Made by a program: the position numbers and the translations under genes. From Bacilli bacterium (GTDB taxonomy: Bacteria > Bacillota_I > Bacilli_A > RF39 > UBA660): a stretch of DNA of 64,000 nucleotides. The notes under the pieces are model-generated. The model was not told the DNA's origin, did not search any database, and saw only the letters and a program-made list of their open reading frames with translations. Each line of letters starts with the position of its first letter. Positions within the stretch are counted from its first letter, which is position 1. Positions 18,640 through 28,878 of this stretch are shown here, in pieces. The stretch is taken from the NCBI GenBank assembly GCA_046704245.1, contig JBJKSD010000001.1, forward strand, positions 2,993 through 66,992, read 5' to 3'.

Positions 18640-18852
18640 ATAATATATTTAGTGTTGAAGGATTTTTAGTAGTCAATAATTTAGTCTTTAGAGAATTAGT
18701 GGTTGGTGCAAACTAATCTAGATAATTGATGAATTACATATCTGGAGCTAAAACGCAATTGGCGTTAAAAAAGAAGGGCATAATATTTATATTATGACCT
18801 AAGGTGGTACCGCGTATTAACGTCCTTAAATACTTAAGGGCGTTTTATTTTA
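18640..18852 (+). promoter_or_regulatory. T-box riboswitch leader with a probable Tyr specifier (UAC) and a terminator
   Basis: T-box sequence aaggtggtaccgcg at 18801-18814. Terminator CGTCCTTAAatacTTAAGGGCG plus TTTTATTTT. A gaattacat element upstream contains UAC. Confidence 0.8.
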
Positions 18853-18865
18853 ATAGGAGGATTAT

Positions 18866-20074
18866 ATGGATAATATTTACAAGTTTTTACAAGAAAGAGG
18901 ATATATTTATCAACAAACCAATGAAGATTTAATAAAAGATAAATTATCAGGTAATGAAAAGATAACTTTCTATTTGGGTGTCGATCCAACCGCTGATAGT
19001 CTTCATATTGGTCATTTCTTTGCTTTAATGATCTTTAGATACTTACAAGAAGCTGGCCATAAAGGTATCCTTATCATAGGTGGAGCAACGGCTTTAATAC
19101 CTGATCCAACAGGTAAAAAAGAATTAAGAAAGATGTTAACTAAAGAAGAAATAGCTAATAATATTAAAGAAGTAGAGACTTTATGTCAAAGATTTATTAT
19201 TACTGAAGGAGATAATAAAGCTATTATTTTAAATAATGCTGATTGGATATCATCACAAAGTTATATTGATTTTATGAGAGAGATAGGTATTCATTTTAAT
19301 GTTAATAAGATGCTAACTACTGAAGCATATAAAAAACGATTAGAAGAAGGAGGTTTAACCTTCTTAGAAATGGGTTATATGCTTATGCAGGCTTATGATT
19401 TTGTTCATTTAAATAGAGAATATAACTGTCTATTACAAATAGGTGGTAGTGATCAATGGGCTAATATTGTAGCTGGTTGTGATTTAGTTAGAAAGATGGA
19501 TCAAAAAGAAGTATTAGGACTTACTTGCCCATTACTTACTAATAGCGAAGGCGAAAAGATGGGTAAGACTGCTAAAGGAGCTCTTTGGGTAGCTAGAGAG
19601 AAGACTTCAGCATATGATTTTTATCAATATTGGATTAATATTCCCGATAGTGATGTTGAATCAATGTTAAGATTATTAACTAAAATTGATTTAATTGAAA
19701 TAAAAAATTTGTGTGAATATAATATTGTCGAAGCTAAAAAAACGATGGCATTTGAAATAACTAAACTGATTCATGGTGAAGAAGAAGCTAATAGAGTTAA
19801 GGATATTTCGGAAAAACTATTTGTTAATAGAGAAATAGATTCCCATATGCCTACTATTGAATTAAATAGAACAATACCATCTATTAATATTATAGATTTA
19901 TTAGTATTAAGTAATATAGCACCATCTAAATCAGAAGCTAGACGTCTTATTGAACAAGGTGGTATTAGTATCAATAATAAAAAAATTGATAATGTTGATG
20001 AAAATATTGATACTGATAATGAAATAGTTATTCAGAAAGGTAAAAAAATCTTTTTAAAAGTTATATTTAAATAA
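18866..20074 (+). CDS. tyrS: Tyrosine--tRNA ligase with a C-terminal S4 domain
   Basis: 402 aa. HIGH motif (SLHIGHF), KMGKT (the KMSKS equivalent), and a C-terminal S4-like RNA-binding domain. A Tyr-type T-box lies upstream. Confidence 0.9.
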   Translation: MDNIYKFLQERGYIYQQTNEDLIKDKLSGNEKITFYLGVDPTADSLHIGHFFALMIFRYLQEAGHKGILIIGGATALIPDPTGKKELRKMLTKEEIANNIKEVETLCQRFIITEGDNKAIILNNADWISSQSYIDFMREIGIHFNVNKMLTTEAYKKRLEEGGLTFLEMGYMLMQAYDFVHLNREYNCLLQIGGSDQWANIVAGCDLVRKMDQKEVLGLTCPLLTNSEGEKMGKTAKGALWVAREKTSAYDFYQYWINIPDSDVESMLRLLTKIDLIEIKNLCEYNIVEAKKTMAFEITKLIHGEEEANRVKDISEKLFVNREIDSHMPTIELNRTIPSINIIDLLVLSNIAPSKSEARRLIEQGGISINNKKIDNVDENIDTDNEIVIQKGKKIFLKVIFK

Positions 20075-20107
20075 TAAATGGTATAATATATACTAGAGGA
20101 GGTTTAT

Positions 20108-20455
20108 ATGAACTTATTTAGTAATAAAAAAGCTTTCTTTTTAAGAGTGGTTAATGTTATTTTATTATTATGGTTATTAATAGCATTAATTTATTGTTGT
20201 GTTGGTATAGTCAATTTATTGATGCCAGAACCATTAGAAACTTATAAAGAATATCAAAGTGTTTCATGTCGTTATTTTGATGACACTTGGTCAGAAGCTA
20301 AAAAAGCCCAAGCTTGTCAAGATCAATACGAGTCATATAAAGTATCATTAAAAAATAAAGCATACTATAATAAACGCAGTTTAGCTATTGCTATTAGTAA
20401 TATTCTTATTGTAGGTACAGCTTTAGTACTTATAAACAAAATAAAAGAAGATTAA
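20108..20455 (+). CDS. Small membrane protein of unknown function
   Basis: 115 aa with two hydrophobic helices. GGAGG ribosome-binding site. Confidence 0.4.
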   Translation: MNLFSNKKAFFLRVVNVILLLWLLIALIYCCVGIVNLLMPEPLETYKEYQSVSCRYFDDTWSEAKKAQACQDQYESYKVSLKNKAYYNKRSLAIAISNILIVGTALVLINKIKED

Positions 20456-20474
20456 TAATCTTCTTTTTCTTTTA
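20444..20474. terminator. Bidirectional terminator
   Basis: Stem-loop AGAAGATT-aat-AATCTTCT flanked by an A-run and a T-run, between convergent genes. Confidence 0.6.
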
Positions 20475-21074
20475 TCTACTATAGAATTCAACAATTAATG
20501 CTTCATTAATATCAGCATTTAATTCATTACGTTCAGGTAATCTAACATAAGTTGCTTCTTTTTTGTTTTCATCATAGTTAATATATTCAACTCTTTTTGT
20601 TTGGGCTTCTAAAGCTTCTTTAACTACTTGATGCTCTTTAAAATTATCTTTTACACCGATTACTGATCCAACTTTTACTTGGTATGATGGAATATCTACT
20701 TTCTTACCATCAACTGTAACATGACCATGATTAACTAATTGTCTAGCTGCTTTTCTAGTTTTAGTAAATCCAATTCGGTATACTAGATTATCAAGGCGAC
20801 TTTCTAATAATCTTAAGAAATCTTCACCATGAATACCATTTAATTTTTTAGCTTCTTCAAAAGTTTTACGGAATTGACGTTCGTTAAGTCCATACATGAA
20901 CTTAACTTTTTGTTTTTCTAACAATTGCGTACCATAATTAGATAGTTTACCCTTACGGCCTTTACCATGTTGTCCAGGTCCATATGGTTTTCTAGCTAAT
21001 TCTTTACCACTTTCTAGAATAGAAAAACCTAAACGACGAGCTTTTTTATAATCTGATCCAGTATGTCTAGACAT
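20472..21074 (-). CDS. rpsD: 30S ribosomal protein S4
   Basis: 200 aa. MSRHTGSDYKKARRLG...S4 domain. Confidence 0.95.
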   Translation of the reverse strand: MSRHTGSDYKKARRLGFSILESGKELARKPYGPGQHGKGRKGKLSNYGTQLLEKQKVKFMYGLNERQFRKTFEEAKKLNGIHGEDFLRLLESRLDNLVYRIGFTKTRKAARQLVNHGHVTVDGKKVDIPSYQVKVGSVIGVKDNFKEHQVVKEALEAQTKRVEYINYDENKKEATYVRLPERNELNADINEALIVEFYSR

Positions 21075-21395
21075 TTATTTCCCTCCTTTACTTTATGCTT
21101 TATACAAGGACGGTTATTGAGCCAATCTATAGGGTGTTATAATTTCTATACCCTCACTTAACAGCTGTCAGCTACTCGATATAACCTATAAAATATAGGT
21201 ATTAAACACGTTATAGATTTCTAAATAACGCTGCCATTTGAATATGCACATATAATTATATTATTAAATCTTAATATAGTCAACAAAAACTTATACTTAA
21301 AGCTTTAAACTCCAATAAATTACTTATTAAATTTTAAAAAAAATATAAAAAAATGTCACAAAATATGATAAAATAATGATAATGGTAACATTGGG

Positions 21396-23129
21396 GTGAA
21401 GATAATGAACAACATAACTTTATTAATGTGGACCTACTTTTTAGCAGCAGTTGTTTTAATAACTGTCATTTTAAATATATTACAAAAAAATAAACTTGAT
21501 AAATATAAAAGAGAAATAGATGCTTTAGAAAAGGAAAAGAATTTAATTACTAGTATTCCTATTCTATCAGAACTATCTAAAATAGAAACAATTGTTAAAA
21601 ATGAAAAGTTAGAAGAAAAGTTTAATGAATGGAATAATCGTTTTGAACATATTAAAGGTGAGCGTATTTCTAAAATATCAGATATGATCTTAGACTTAGA
21701 TTATTTAATGGAACAACGTGATTATCCAGCTGTTACATATAAAATAGCTAAAGTAGAGATGGAAATATATAAAGTAAAGACTAATGCTAATTTATTATTG
21801 AGTGAAATAAAAGAAATAACCTTAAGTGAAGAACGCAACCGTAATACTATAACTAAATTTAAAGCTATGTATCGTGATTTAATTAATAAATTTAATAGTA
21901 ATAAAAATGATTTTGATGATCTTGTCAAACCAATTGAATTACAGTTAGAGAATATTGAAAAAAGATTTCAAGAATTTGAAGAATATATGGATAATAATGA
22001 TTACGAAGAAGTATTTCATATTGTTAAAGCCTTAGATGAAATGATTAATAATATGAGCATTACGGTTGAGGAAGGTCCAAATATTATCTTGATGTCTAAA
22101 GTTTTAATACCTAAAAAGATAGAAGAAGTTCAAAATCTATATAGTAAGATGACTAGAGATGGTTATCAATTAGATTATTTAAATATTGATTATAATATCA
22201 ACGAATCTAATAAGAAGATTAATGCTATTTTAGATAAAGCTAAAGTATTAAATCTTGAAGATGGTTTATTTGAATTAAAGACTATCTTAGAATATTTTGA
22301 TTCGTTATTTAATGATTTTGAAAATGAAAAAATTCATAAAAATACTTTTGAAGAAAATATTATCCCATTTAAGAATAAAGTTAATAAAATAAATAAAGTA
22401 ATAACTGATATTTATGTTCAATTAGAAAATGTTAAGTATAATTATGATTTATCTGATGAAGAAGTAGCAGAGATGGATAATATTAGTAAAGAAATAAATA
22501 TTATTAATGCTGATTTAAATGCTTTAATAGAAAATAAACAAAATAAATTATGGCCTTATTCTAAACTAAATAAAGAATTAGAAAATTTAACTATCCGTTT
22601 AGTAGCTACTGAAGATCGTCTAGATAGTAGATTACAGACCTTAGGAAGTATGCATGAAGATGAAATTAGAGCTAGAGAACAATTGGGAGATATTCAAGCT
22701 TTATTAAATAGAGCTAAAAGTAAAATCAGATGTTATAAATTACCAATTATTCCTAATAGTTATTATATACAGTTAAAAGAAGCTAGTGAATCAATAAAAA
22801 ATATAGTTAGCGAATTAGAAAAAAAACCAATAGCGATTAAAGTATTAAATATTAGAGTAGATACAGCAAGAGATCTAGTATTGAAATTATATAATACTAC
22901 TAACGAAATGGTTAAAACAGCTATGTTAGTAGAAATGGCTATTGTATATGGTAATCGCTATCGCAGTTTAAAACCACAAGTAGAACAAGGATTAAATAAT
23001 GCTGAAGTATTATTTAATCGCGGTGAATATAAAATGGCTTTAGAAACTTCTATCAATACGATTGATTTAATAGAGCCGGGTATATATCAGCGTTTATTAA
23101 GTGTCTATAGTCTTGAAGGTAAGAGTTAA
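21396..23129 (+). CDS. ezrA: Septation ring formation regulator EzrA
   Basis: 577 aa. N-terminal transmembrane anchor followed by long coiled-coil spectrin-like repeats. Its position next to rpsD matches Bacillus. Confidence 0.8.
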   Translation: MKIMNNITLLMWTYFLAAVVLITVILNILQKNKLDKYKREIDALEKEKNLITSIPILSELSKIETIVKNEKLEEKFNEWNNRFEHIKGERISKISDMILDLDYLMEQRDYPAVTYKIAKVEMEIYKVKTNANLLLSEIKEITLSEERNRNTITKFKAMYRDLINKFNSNKNDFDDLVKPIELQLENIEKRFQEFEEYMDNNDYEEVFHIVKALDEMINNMSITVEEGPNIILMSKVLIPKKIEEVQNLYSKMTRDGYQLDYLNIDYNINESNKKINAILDKAKVLNLEDGLFELKTILEYFDSLFNDFENEKIHKNTFEENIIPFKNKVNKINKVITDIYVQLENVKYNYDLSDEEVAEMDNISKEINIINADLNALIENKQNKLWPYSKLNKELENLTIRLVATEDRLDSRLQTLGSMHEDEIRAREQLGDIQALLNRAKSKIRCYKLPIIPNSYYIQLKEASESIKNIVSELEKKPIAIKVLNIRVDTARDLVLKLYNTTNEMVKTAMLVEMAIVYGNRYRSLKPQVEQGLNNAEVLFNRGEYKMALETSINTIDLIEPGIYQRLLSVYSLEGKS

Positions 23130-23350
23130 TAAAAAATAATATCAATTGATATTATTTTTTTTATATAAAAATTTGTATTATTTTAAATATTTAACACATA
23201 CTAATAATAATTTATAAAAAAATAAAATTTACATATTATGCCATTTATTTAATAATAAGAGACTATATATATAATAACCAAAATAAATTAAATTATGTAT
23301 AATTATTCGACCAATATCGTTTTTTAGTATTAATTACCAACAATAAATAT

Positions 23351-23379
23351 GTATGTTAGACGTTTTTTGTCACATCATA
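23351..23379 (+). promoter_or_regulatory. Putative forespore (sigmaG/sigmaF-type) promoter for the SASP gene
   Basis: GTATG (-35, GHATR), a 17-nt spacer, then CATCATA (-10, CATnnTA), about 20 nt upstream of the SASP ribosome-binding site. Confidence 0.35.
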
Positions 23380-23400
23380 ATAATGTCGGGAGGTGAAAAA

Positions 23401-23679
23401 ATGAATAATAACACTGGTGGAAGCTATGGTAATACTAGTTCACGTCAAAATAGTAGAATACTTGTTCCAGGAGCAAGACAAGCTATTGATAGAATGAAAT
23501 ATGAAGTAGCTAACGAATTAGGAGTTAATCTTGGAGCAGACACCACATCAAGACGTAATGGTACTGTTGGTGGTTACATGGTAAGAAATTTAATTACTAG
23601 AGCAGAAGAAGATCTTAGTGGTGGTCAAGGTGCACAACGTGGTGGCGGAATGGGCAATACCGAAGGTTCAGGAAAATAA
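23401..23679 (+). CDS. Alpha/beta-type small acid-soluble spore protein
   Basis: ATG preceded by a GGGAGGTG ribosome-binding site. The product has the two conserved SASP blocks (LVPGARQAIDRMKYEVANELGV and YMVRNLITRAEEDL). The track ORF start at 23353 lacks a ribosome-binding site. Confidence 0.85.
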   Translation: MNNNTGGSYGNTSSRQNSRILVPGARQAIDRMKYEVANELGVNLGADTTSRRNGTVGGYMVRNLITRAEEDLSGGQGAQRGGGMGNTEGSGK

Positions 23680-23705
23680 TAATAATTAATTTTTAATATA
23701 TTTAT

Positions 23706-23736
23706 AAAGAGACTATATTTAGTCTCTTTTTTATTG
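23706..23736 (+). terminator. Rho-independent terminator after the SASP gene
   Basis: AAGAGACTAtatttAGTCTCTT plus TTTTATT. Confidence 0.65.
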
Positions 23737-23760
23737 TATAATTACTATAAGGTGAGGTTT

Positions 23761-24948
23761 ATGAAAATACTTTCGATCAATGCTGGCAGTTCAACTTTAA
23801 AGTTTAAATTATTTGAAATGCCTGAAGAAAGATTAATATGTTATGGTATATTTGATCGTATTAATTTAGCTAATAGTTCGTATACTATTACCTTTAATAA
23901 TAAGACTATTGATCAACAAATTAATATTAAAAACCACGAAGAAGCTGTCAATATCTTAATAAAAGAGTTAATTGATTTAGTAATTGTCAATGATATTAAT
24001 GATATTAAAGGTATTGGCCATCGAGTAGTTCATGGTGGTGAAAAATATACTCATGCTCTAATAATTAATGACGAAGTATTAGCAAATCTTAATCATATTT
24101 CACCATTAGCGCCACTTCATAATCCAGCTAATATTACTGGTATAGAAGCTTTTAATAAATTATTATCAAATTGTATAAGTATTGCTGTTTTTGATACAGC
24201 TTTTCATCAAACAATGACTAAAGAAGCTTATATATATCCAGTTCCTTATGAATGGTATGAAAAATATGGAGTTAGAAAATATGGTTTTCATGGGACAAGC
24301 CATAAATATATAGCTCAAGAATTAACAAAAATGTTAAATAATAAAAATTTAAAAATTATTAGTTGCCATTTAGGTAATGGTAGTAGTATATGTGCTATTA
24401 AAGATGGTATAAGTATCGATACTAGTATGGGTTTTACACCGTTAGCAGGATTACCTATGGGTACTAGATGTGGTGATATTGATGTAGCTATTATTCCATA
24501 TATGATGGATAAAACTAATATGAATATTGATGAAGTAATGGCCGAATTAAATTATCATAGTGGTTATTTAGGTATCAGCGGTGTAAGTTCTGATTTTCGT
24601 GATATAGAAAAAGGACTAAATGAAGGTAATGAGAGATGTCAATTAGCATATAATATTTATCTTAATAAAATAGTATCTTTTATTTCAAGTTATAATACTT
24701 TATTAGGTGGAGCTGATATAATATGCTTTACAGCAGGTATCGGCGAAAATAACATTGATTTAAGAAAAGATATCATTAAGATGCTTGCTCCTCTAGGTAT
24801 ATATTTAGATGAAACCAACAATAATATAAGAGAACAACAAGCTAAAATAACTACTGAAAATTCGAAAATAGCGTGTTATGTTATACCTACTGATGAAGAA
24901 TTAATGATTGCTAGGGAAACATATGAAATAGTTAGTAAGGAAGGATAG
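23761..24948 (+). CDS. ackA: Acetate kinase
   Basis: MKILSINAGSSTLKFKLF, HRVVHGG and FDTAFHQTM motifs. GGTGAGG ribosome-binding site before the ATG at 23761. Confidence 0.9.
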   Translation: MKILSINAGSSTLKFKLFEMPEERLICYGIFDRINLANSSYTITFNNKTIDQQINIKNHEEAVNILIKELIDLVIVNDINDIKGIGHRVVHGGEKYTHALIINDEVLANLNHISPLAPLHNPANITGIEAFNKLLSNCISIAVFDTAFHQTMTKEAYIYPVPYEWYEKYGVRKYGFHGTSHKYIAQELTKMLNNKNLKIISCHLGNGSSICAIKDGISIDTSMGFTPLAGLPMGTRCGDIDVAIIPYMMDKTNMNIDEVMAELNYHSGYLGISGVSSDFRDIEKGLNEGNERCQLAYNIYLNKIVSFISSYNTLLGGADIICFTAGIGENNIDLRKDIIKMLAPLGIYLDETNNNIREQQAKITTENSKIACYVIPTDEELMIARETYEIVSKEG

Positions 24949-24949
24949 A

Positions 24950-25915
24950 ATGTATAAGAAAGTTTACAATCAAATTAAAAAATTTAAAAATATTGTTATA
25001 GCTAGGCATATTGGACCAGATCCTGACTGTTTAGCATCACAAGTCGCCTTACGCGATATTATCAAACATAAATTTCCCCATAAAAATGTTTTGGCAGTAG
25101 GTATAACAGCTGCAAAATTTTACCATTTTGGAAAACTAGATAAGATAAAAGAAGATGATATAACCAAAGATGCCTTATTAATAGTATTAGATACTCCCGA
25201 TGAAGAGCGAGTAGATGGAGTTAGTGTTAAAGATTTTAAATATACTATTAAAATAGATCATCACCCATTCATCGATAAATTTTGTGATTTAGAAATAGTC
25301 GATGAAGGTGCATCTAGTACTAGTCAAATGATTATTGACTTATGTAATAAAACAAGATTAAATTTGACTAAAGAAACCGCTGAAGTTTTATTTATGGGTA
25401 TTGTATCTGATACTAATCGTTTTTTATACTATTATACTAGTGCTCATACTTTTGAAATAACTTCGCAAATAATTAAAAAAATGAAATTAAATATTGAAGA
25501 ATTATATGCTAGATTATACGCTAGACCATTAAGTGAAGTTAGGTTACAGGGTTATATTGGTATGAATATGAATGTTACCGATAATAAATTAGGTTATATC
25601 AAGATACCAACCGAAAAGATAACCGAATTTGGTGTCGATTCAGCTAGTGCTGGTAATATGATTAATGAATTTAATAATATTAAAGAAGTTATTGTTTGGG
25701 TTACTTTCTCTCAAGATTATAAAAATGATGTTATTAGAGGTGCTATTCGTTCCAGAGGACCAATTGTTAATGAATTAGCTCTTCGCTATGGTGGTGGTGG
25801 TCATAAATATGCTAGTGGTGTCCGTTTAGCTAGTTGGGAACAAGTTGATAAATTTATTGAAGATCTAGATGGTTTATGTAAAACATATCTTGATGATCAT
25901 CCAGATTTTAAATAA
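24950..25915 (+). CDS. nrnA: DHH/DHHA1 family phosphoesterase (oligoribonuclease NrnA-like)
   Basis: HIGPDPDCLAS (DHH motif I), DHH, and the DHHA1 GGGH motif near the C-terminus. Confidence 0.7.
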   Translation: MYKKVYNQIKKFKNIVIARHIGPDPDCLASQVALRDIIKHKFPHKNVLAVGITAAKFYHFGKLDKIKEDDITKDALLIVLDTPDEERVDGVSVKDFKYTIKIDHHPFIDKFCDLEIVDEGASSTSQMIIDLCNKTRLNLTKETAEVLFMGIVSDTNRFLYYYTSAHTFEITSQIIKKMKLNIEELYARLYARPLSEVRLQGYIGMNMNVTDNKLGYIKIPTEKITEFGVDSASAGNMINEFNNIKEVIVWVTFSQDYKNDVIRGAIRSRGPIVNELALRYGGGGHKYASGVRLASWEQVDKFIEDLDGLCKTYLDDHPDFK

Positions 25916-26006
25916 TAAAAGAGCAACAAATACCCATAAAATAAGGGGCTAAGTTGCTTTTTTTTTATTTTTTGATATAATATAACATATTGAAAGGTGA
26001 TTTATA

Positions 26007-26588
26007 ATGAAAATCAGTAGTGTAGAGCTGAAGATTAGTGCCGTTAGAAGGAGTCAATATCCCACTGATGGCAAGCCAGAATTTTTACTTGTAGGAAGAA
26101 GCAATGTTGGTAAAAGTAGCTTTATCAATACTATCATAAATAGAAAAAACTATGCCCAGACATCTAGAACTCCAGGTAAAACCCAAACATTAAACTTTTA
26201 TTTAGTAAATGATAGTTTTTATTTAGTAGATGTACCAGGATATGGATATGCAGCTGTTAATAAAAAACAACAACGTAAATTTGGAATGATGATTGAAGAA
26301 TATCTTGAAAAAAGAGAACCATTAAAACATGTCTTTATGTTAATAGATTTTAGACACAAACCAACTGAAGACGATATGTTAATGTATAACTTTTTAAAAT
26401 ATTATGAACAACCAGTTACAGTAGTAGGTATGAAATTTGATAAAGTAGGTACTACTTCACAATTAAAACAACGTAAATTAATCTTAGATACCTTAGATTT
26501 AGTATTAGGTGATGAATTTATAACATTCTCTAGTATTACTAAAGTGGGTAAAGATGAAGTGTTAGAAAAAATAGAAAGAACAATTTAA
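26007..26588 (+). CDS. engB: Ribosome biogenesis GTPase EngB/YsxC
   Basis: GRSNVGKSS P-loop and DVPGYG. 193 aa. Confidence 0.85.
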   Translation: MKISSVELKISAVRRSQYPTDGKPEFLLVGRSNVGKSSFINTIINRKNYAQTSRTPGKTQTLNFYLVNDSFYLVDVPGYGYAAVNKKQQRKFGMMIEEYLEKREPLKHVFMLIDFRHKPTEDDMLMYNFLKYYEQPVTVVGMKFDKVGTTSQLKQRKLILDTLDLVLGDEFITFSSITKVGKDEVLEKIERTI

Positions 26589-26645
26589 TTGTTCTTTTTT
26601 TAAACCAATAAGATAATTTATCATACAATATCCTAGGTGATTGTC

Positions 26646-27125
26646 ATGAAAATTGAAATACATAATGAAAAAACCATCCTATTTTTAAATAAATATATTT
26701 TAGGAGAAATATGTTTAGAAGATCCTAAGAGTATTCAGGAATATTTTAAAAAAATTATTATGATATTAATGAAATACCATAATATTTATTTAATTGGTGA
26801 ACATTTAGTTAAAGTATATATTGATAATATATATGGAGTTATTATGGAAATAGAGCCCCTGATTGAAGATGATCAATTAGGTATTGATTTTATTGATATG
26901 AAAATTATCTTTGAACTTAATAATACTTTTATATATGAAATAGACGATTATGATTATTTTAATATATTAGGTAATTATATAGATAAGTATTATTATAATC
27001 AGAAATATTATGCTATTATTCATAATATTGATGAAATAAGTTATTTAAAATTTTTAGAATACAGTAAAATTATTTATGGCAATAAAGCTAAAGAAATATT
27101 AAAAGAAGCCATAAAAATAACATAA
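26646..27125 (+). CDS. Short MecA-like adaptor protein (about 160 aa)
   Basis: MKIEIHNEKTILFLNKY parallels the MecA N-terminus MEIERINEHTVKFYMSY. C-terminal similarity runs through YYAIIHNIDEISYLKFLEYSKIIYG. AGGTGA ribosome-binding site. Confidence 0.4.
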   Translation: MKIEIHNEKTILFLNKYILGEICLEDPKSIQEYFKKIIMILMKYHNIYLIGEHLVKVYIDNIYGVIMEIEPLIEDDQLGIDFIDMKIIFELNNTFIYEIDDYDYFNILGNYIDKYYYNQKYYAIIHNIDEISYLKFLEYSKIIYGNKAKEILKEAIKIT

Positions 27126-27169
27126 TTATGATATAATGTTGTAGGAAATAGGTGATTAATATGAAATTA

Positions 27170-28471
27170 CCAATTGTAGCACTAGTTGGACGATCAAATG
27201 TTGGTAAATCGACTTTATTTAATCGTTTAGTGGGCAAAAAAGTAGCTATTACTGAAGATACCCCTGGTATTACTAGAGATCGTATATATGAAAGAGCTCA
27301 ATATAAAGATTATTTATTTAATGTTATCGATACTGGAGGTATCGATATAAGTAATGCATCGTTTAATGAGCAGATCCGTATCCAAGCAGAAATTGCTATT
27401 GCTGAAGCTGATATGGTTATTTTGGTCATCGATGGTAAAGAAGCTTTAACAACTAACGATTATGTTATTAGAGATATTTTAAAAAAATCAGGTAAAAAAA
27501 TAATAGTAGCTATTAATAAAATAGATACTAAAGAAGCTAAAGATAATATCTATAATTTTTATGAATTAGGTTTTGATGAGTATATTCCTATTAGTTCAGA
27601 ACACAATATCGGTATTGGCGACCTATTAGATACTATTGTAAATAACTTTGAAATAAAAGATGAAGCAGAATATGACGAAGATATTATTAAATTTTGTGTT
27701 ATTGGCCGCCCTAATGTAGGTAAAAGTAGTTTAATAAATGCTTTATTAAATGAAGATCGTCTAATAGTAAGCAATGAAGCAGGTACTACTAGAGATGCTA
27801 TCGATATAGAATTTACCTATCAAAAAAGACGTTTTGTAGGCATTGATACAGCGGGCATTAGAAAAAGAGGTAAAGTTTGGGAAAATATTGAAAAATATAG
27901 TGTATTAAGAGCTATGAAAGCTATTGAACGAAGTGATATATGTTTAATTGTTATTGATGGTAATGAGGGTATTACTGAACAAGATAAACATATAGCAGGA
28001 TATGCCATCGAAGCGGGTCGAGGTGTCATTATTGTTGTCAATAAATGGGATTTAGTTAACGATTTAACTATCGATCAATATGAAAAATTAATTAGAGCCC
28101 ACTTTATATTTATATCTTATGCCCCAATAGTCTTTCTTTCGTCATTAACTACTAAACGCGTTCATACTTTAATGCCCGAAATAATTAAAGTTAACGATAA
28201 TATTAGGAAAGAAGTTAAAAACAGTTTATTAGGTGAAATAATAATGGATGCTGTAATTTTAACCCCACCTCCATCATATAAGGGTAAAAGATTAAAAGTA
28301 TTAGGAGTTACCCAAACGGGTATCAAACCACCTAAATTTACTTTTGAAGTAAACGATAAAAAATTAATTCATTTCTCATATAAAAGATACTTAGAAAATA
28401 AAATCAGAGAGAATTTTGATTTTACTGGTACTCCTATTGAATTACAATTTAAAGCTAGATCCGAGTTATAA
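27170..28471 (+). CDS. der: Ribosome-associated GTPase Der/EngA
   Basis: Two tandem GTPase domains (GRSNVGKST and GRPNVGKSS P-loops) plus a KH-like C-terminus. Confidence 0.9.
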   Translation, partial: PIVALVGRSNVGKSTLFNRLVGKKVAITEDTPGITRDRIYERAQYKDYLFNVIDTGGIDISNASFNEQIRIQAEIAIAEADMVILVIDGKEALTTNDYVIRDILKKSGKKIIVAINKIDTKEAKDNIYNFYELGFDEYIPISSEHNIGIGDLLDTIVNNFEIKDEAEYDEDIIKFCVIGRPNVGKSSLINALLNEDRLIVSNEAGTTRDAIDIEFTYQKRRFVGIDTAGIRKRGKVWENIEKYSVLRAMKAIERSDICLIVIDGNEGITEQDKHIAGYAIEAGRGVIIVVNKWDLVNDLTIDQYEKLIRAHFIFISYAPIVFLSSLTTKRVHTLMPEIIKVNDNIRKEVKNSLLGEIIMDAVILTPPPSYKGKRLKVLGVTQTGIKPPKFTFEVNDKKLIHFSYKRYLENKIRENFDFTGTPIELQFKARSEL

Positions 28472-28517
28472 TAACCAATTAAGATAATTCTCATATAATA
28501 CCACAGGAGGGTATTAT

Positions 28518-28772
28518 ATGTTTAGATTTAGTGATGAATTCTTTAAAAGAGTTGAGAAAAAGACTAATGTTAATAAAGAAACGATTTTAGGTTTAGCTAA
28601 TAAATTACAAAAAGGCGATTTAAAAGATGAACAAACACTTCGTGATCTAGTAAAAGAAATAAGTAATATTACAGGGCGCGAAGTATCTAAAGAAAAAGAA
28701 GATAGTATCGTCAAAGCTGTATTACACGACCAAGTTCCTGATAATATAGAAAAAATGGTTGACGAATCATAA
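28518..28772 (+). CDS. spoVIF: Stage VI sporulation protein F
   Basis: 84 aa. FFKRVEKKTNVNKETILGLANKLQKGDLKDEQTLRDLVKEIS parallels B. subtilis SpoVIF. GGAGGG ribosome-binding site. Confidence 0.6.
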   Translation: MFRFSDEFFKRVEKKTNVNKETILGLANKLQKGDLKDEQTLRDLVKEISNITGREVSKEKEDSIVKAVLHDQVPDNIEKMVDES

Positions 28773-28819
28773 TAATAAATAATTTTATAAAAAACATCAT
28801 ACAAATGATGCTTTTTTTT

Positions 28820-28857
28820 CATATAATAAACTAGTTATGCATAAGTTTTATTGAAAA
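28820..28857 (+). promoter_or_regulatory. Putative sigmaE-type promoter upstream of spoIVA
   Basis: TCATATA, a 14-nt spacer, then CATAAGTT resembles the sigmaE consensus (ATATT - 14 - CATACAnT). Confidence 0.25.
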
Positions 28858-28878
28858 GATTATGAAAGTAGGGATTGT

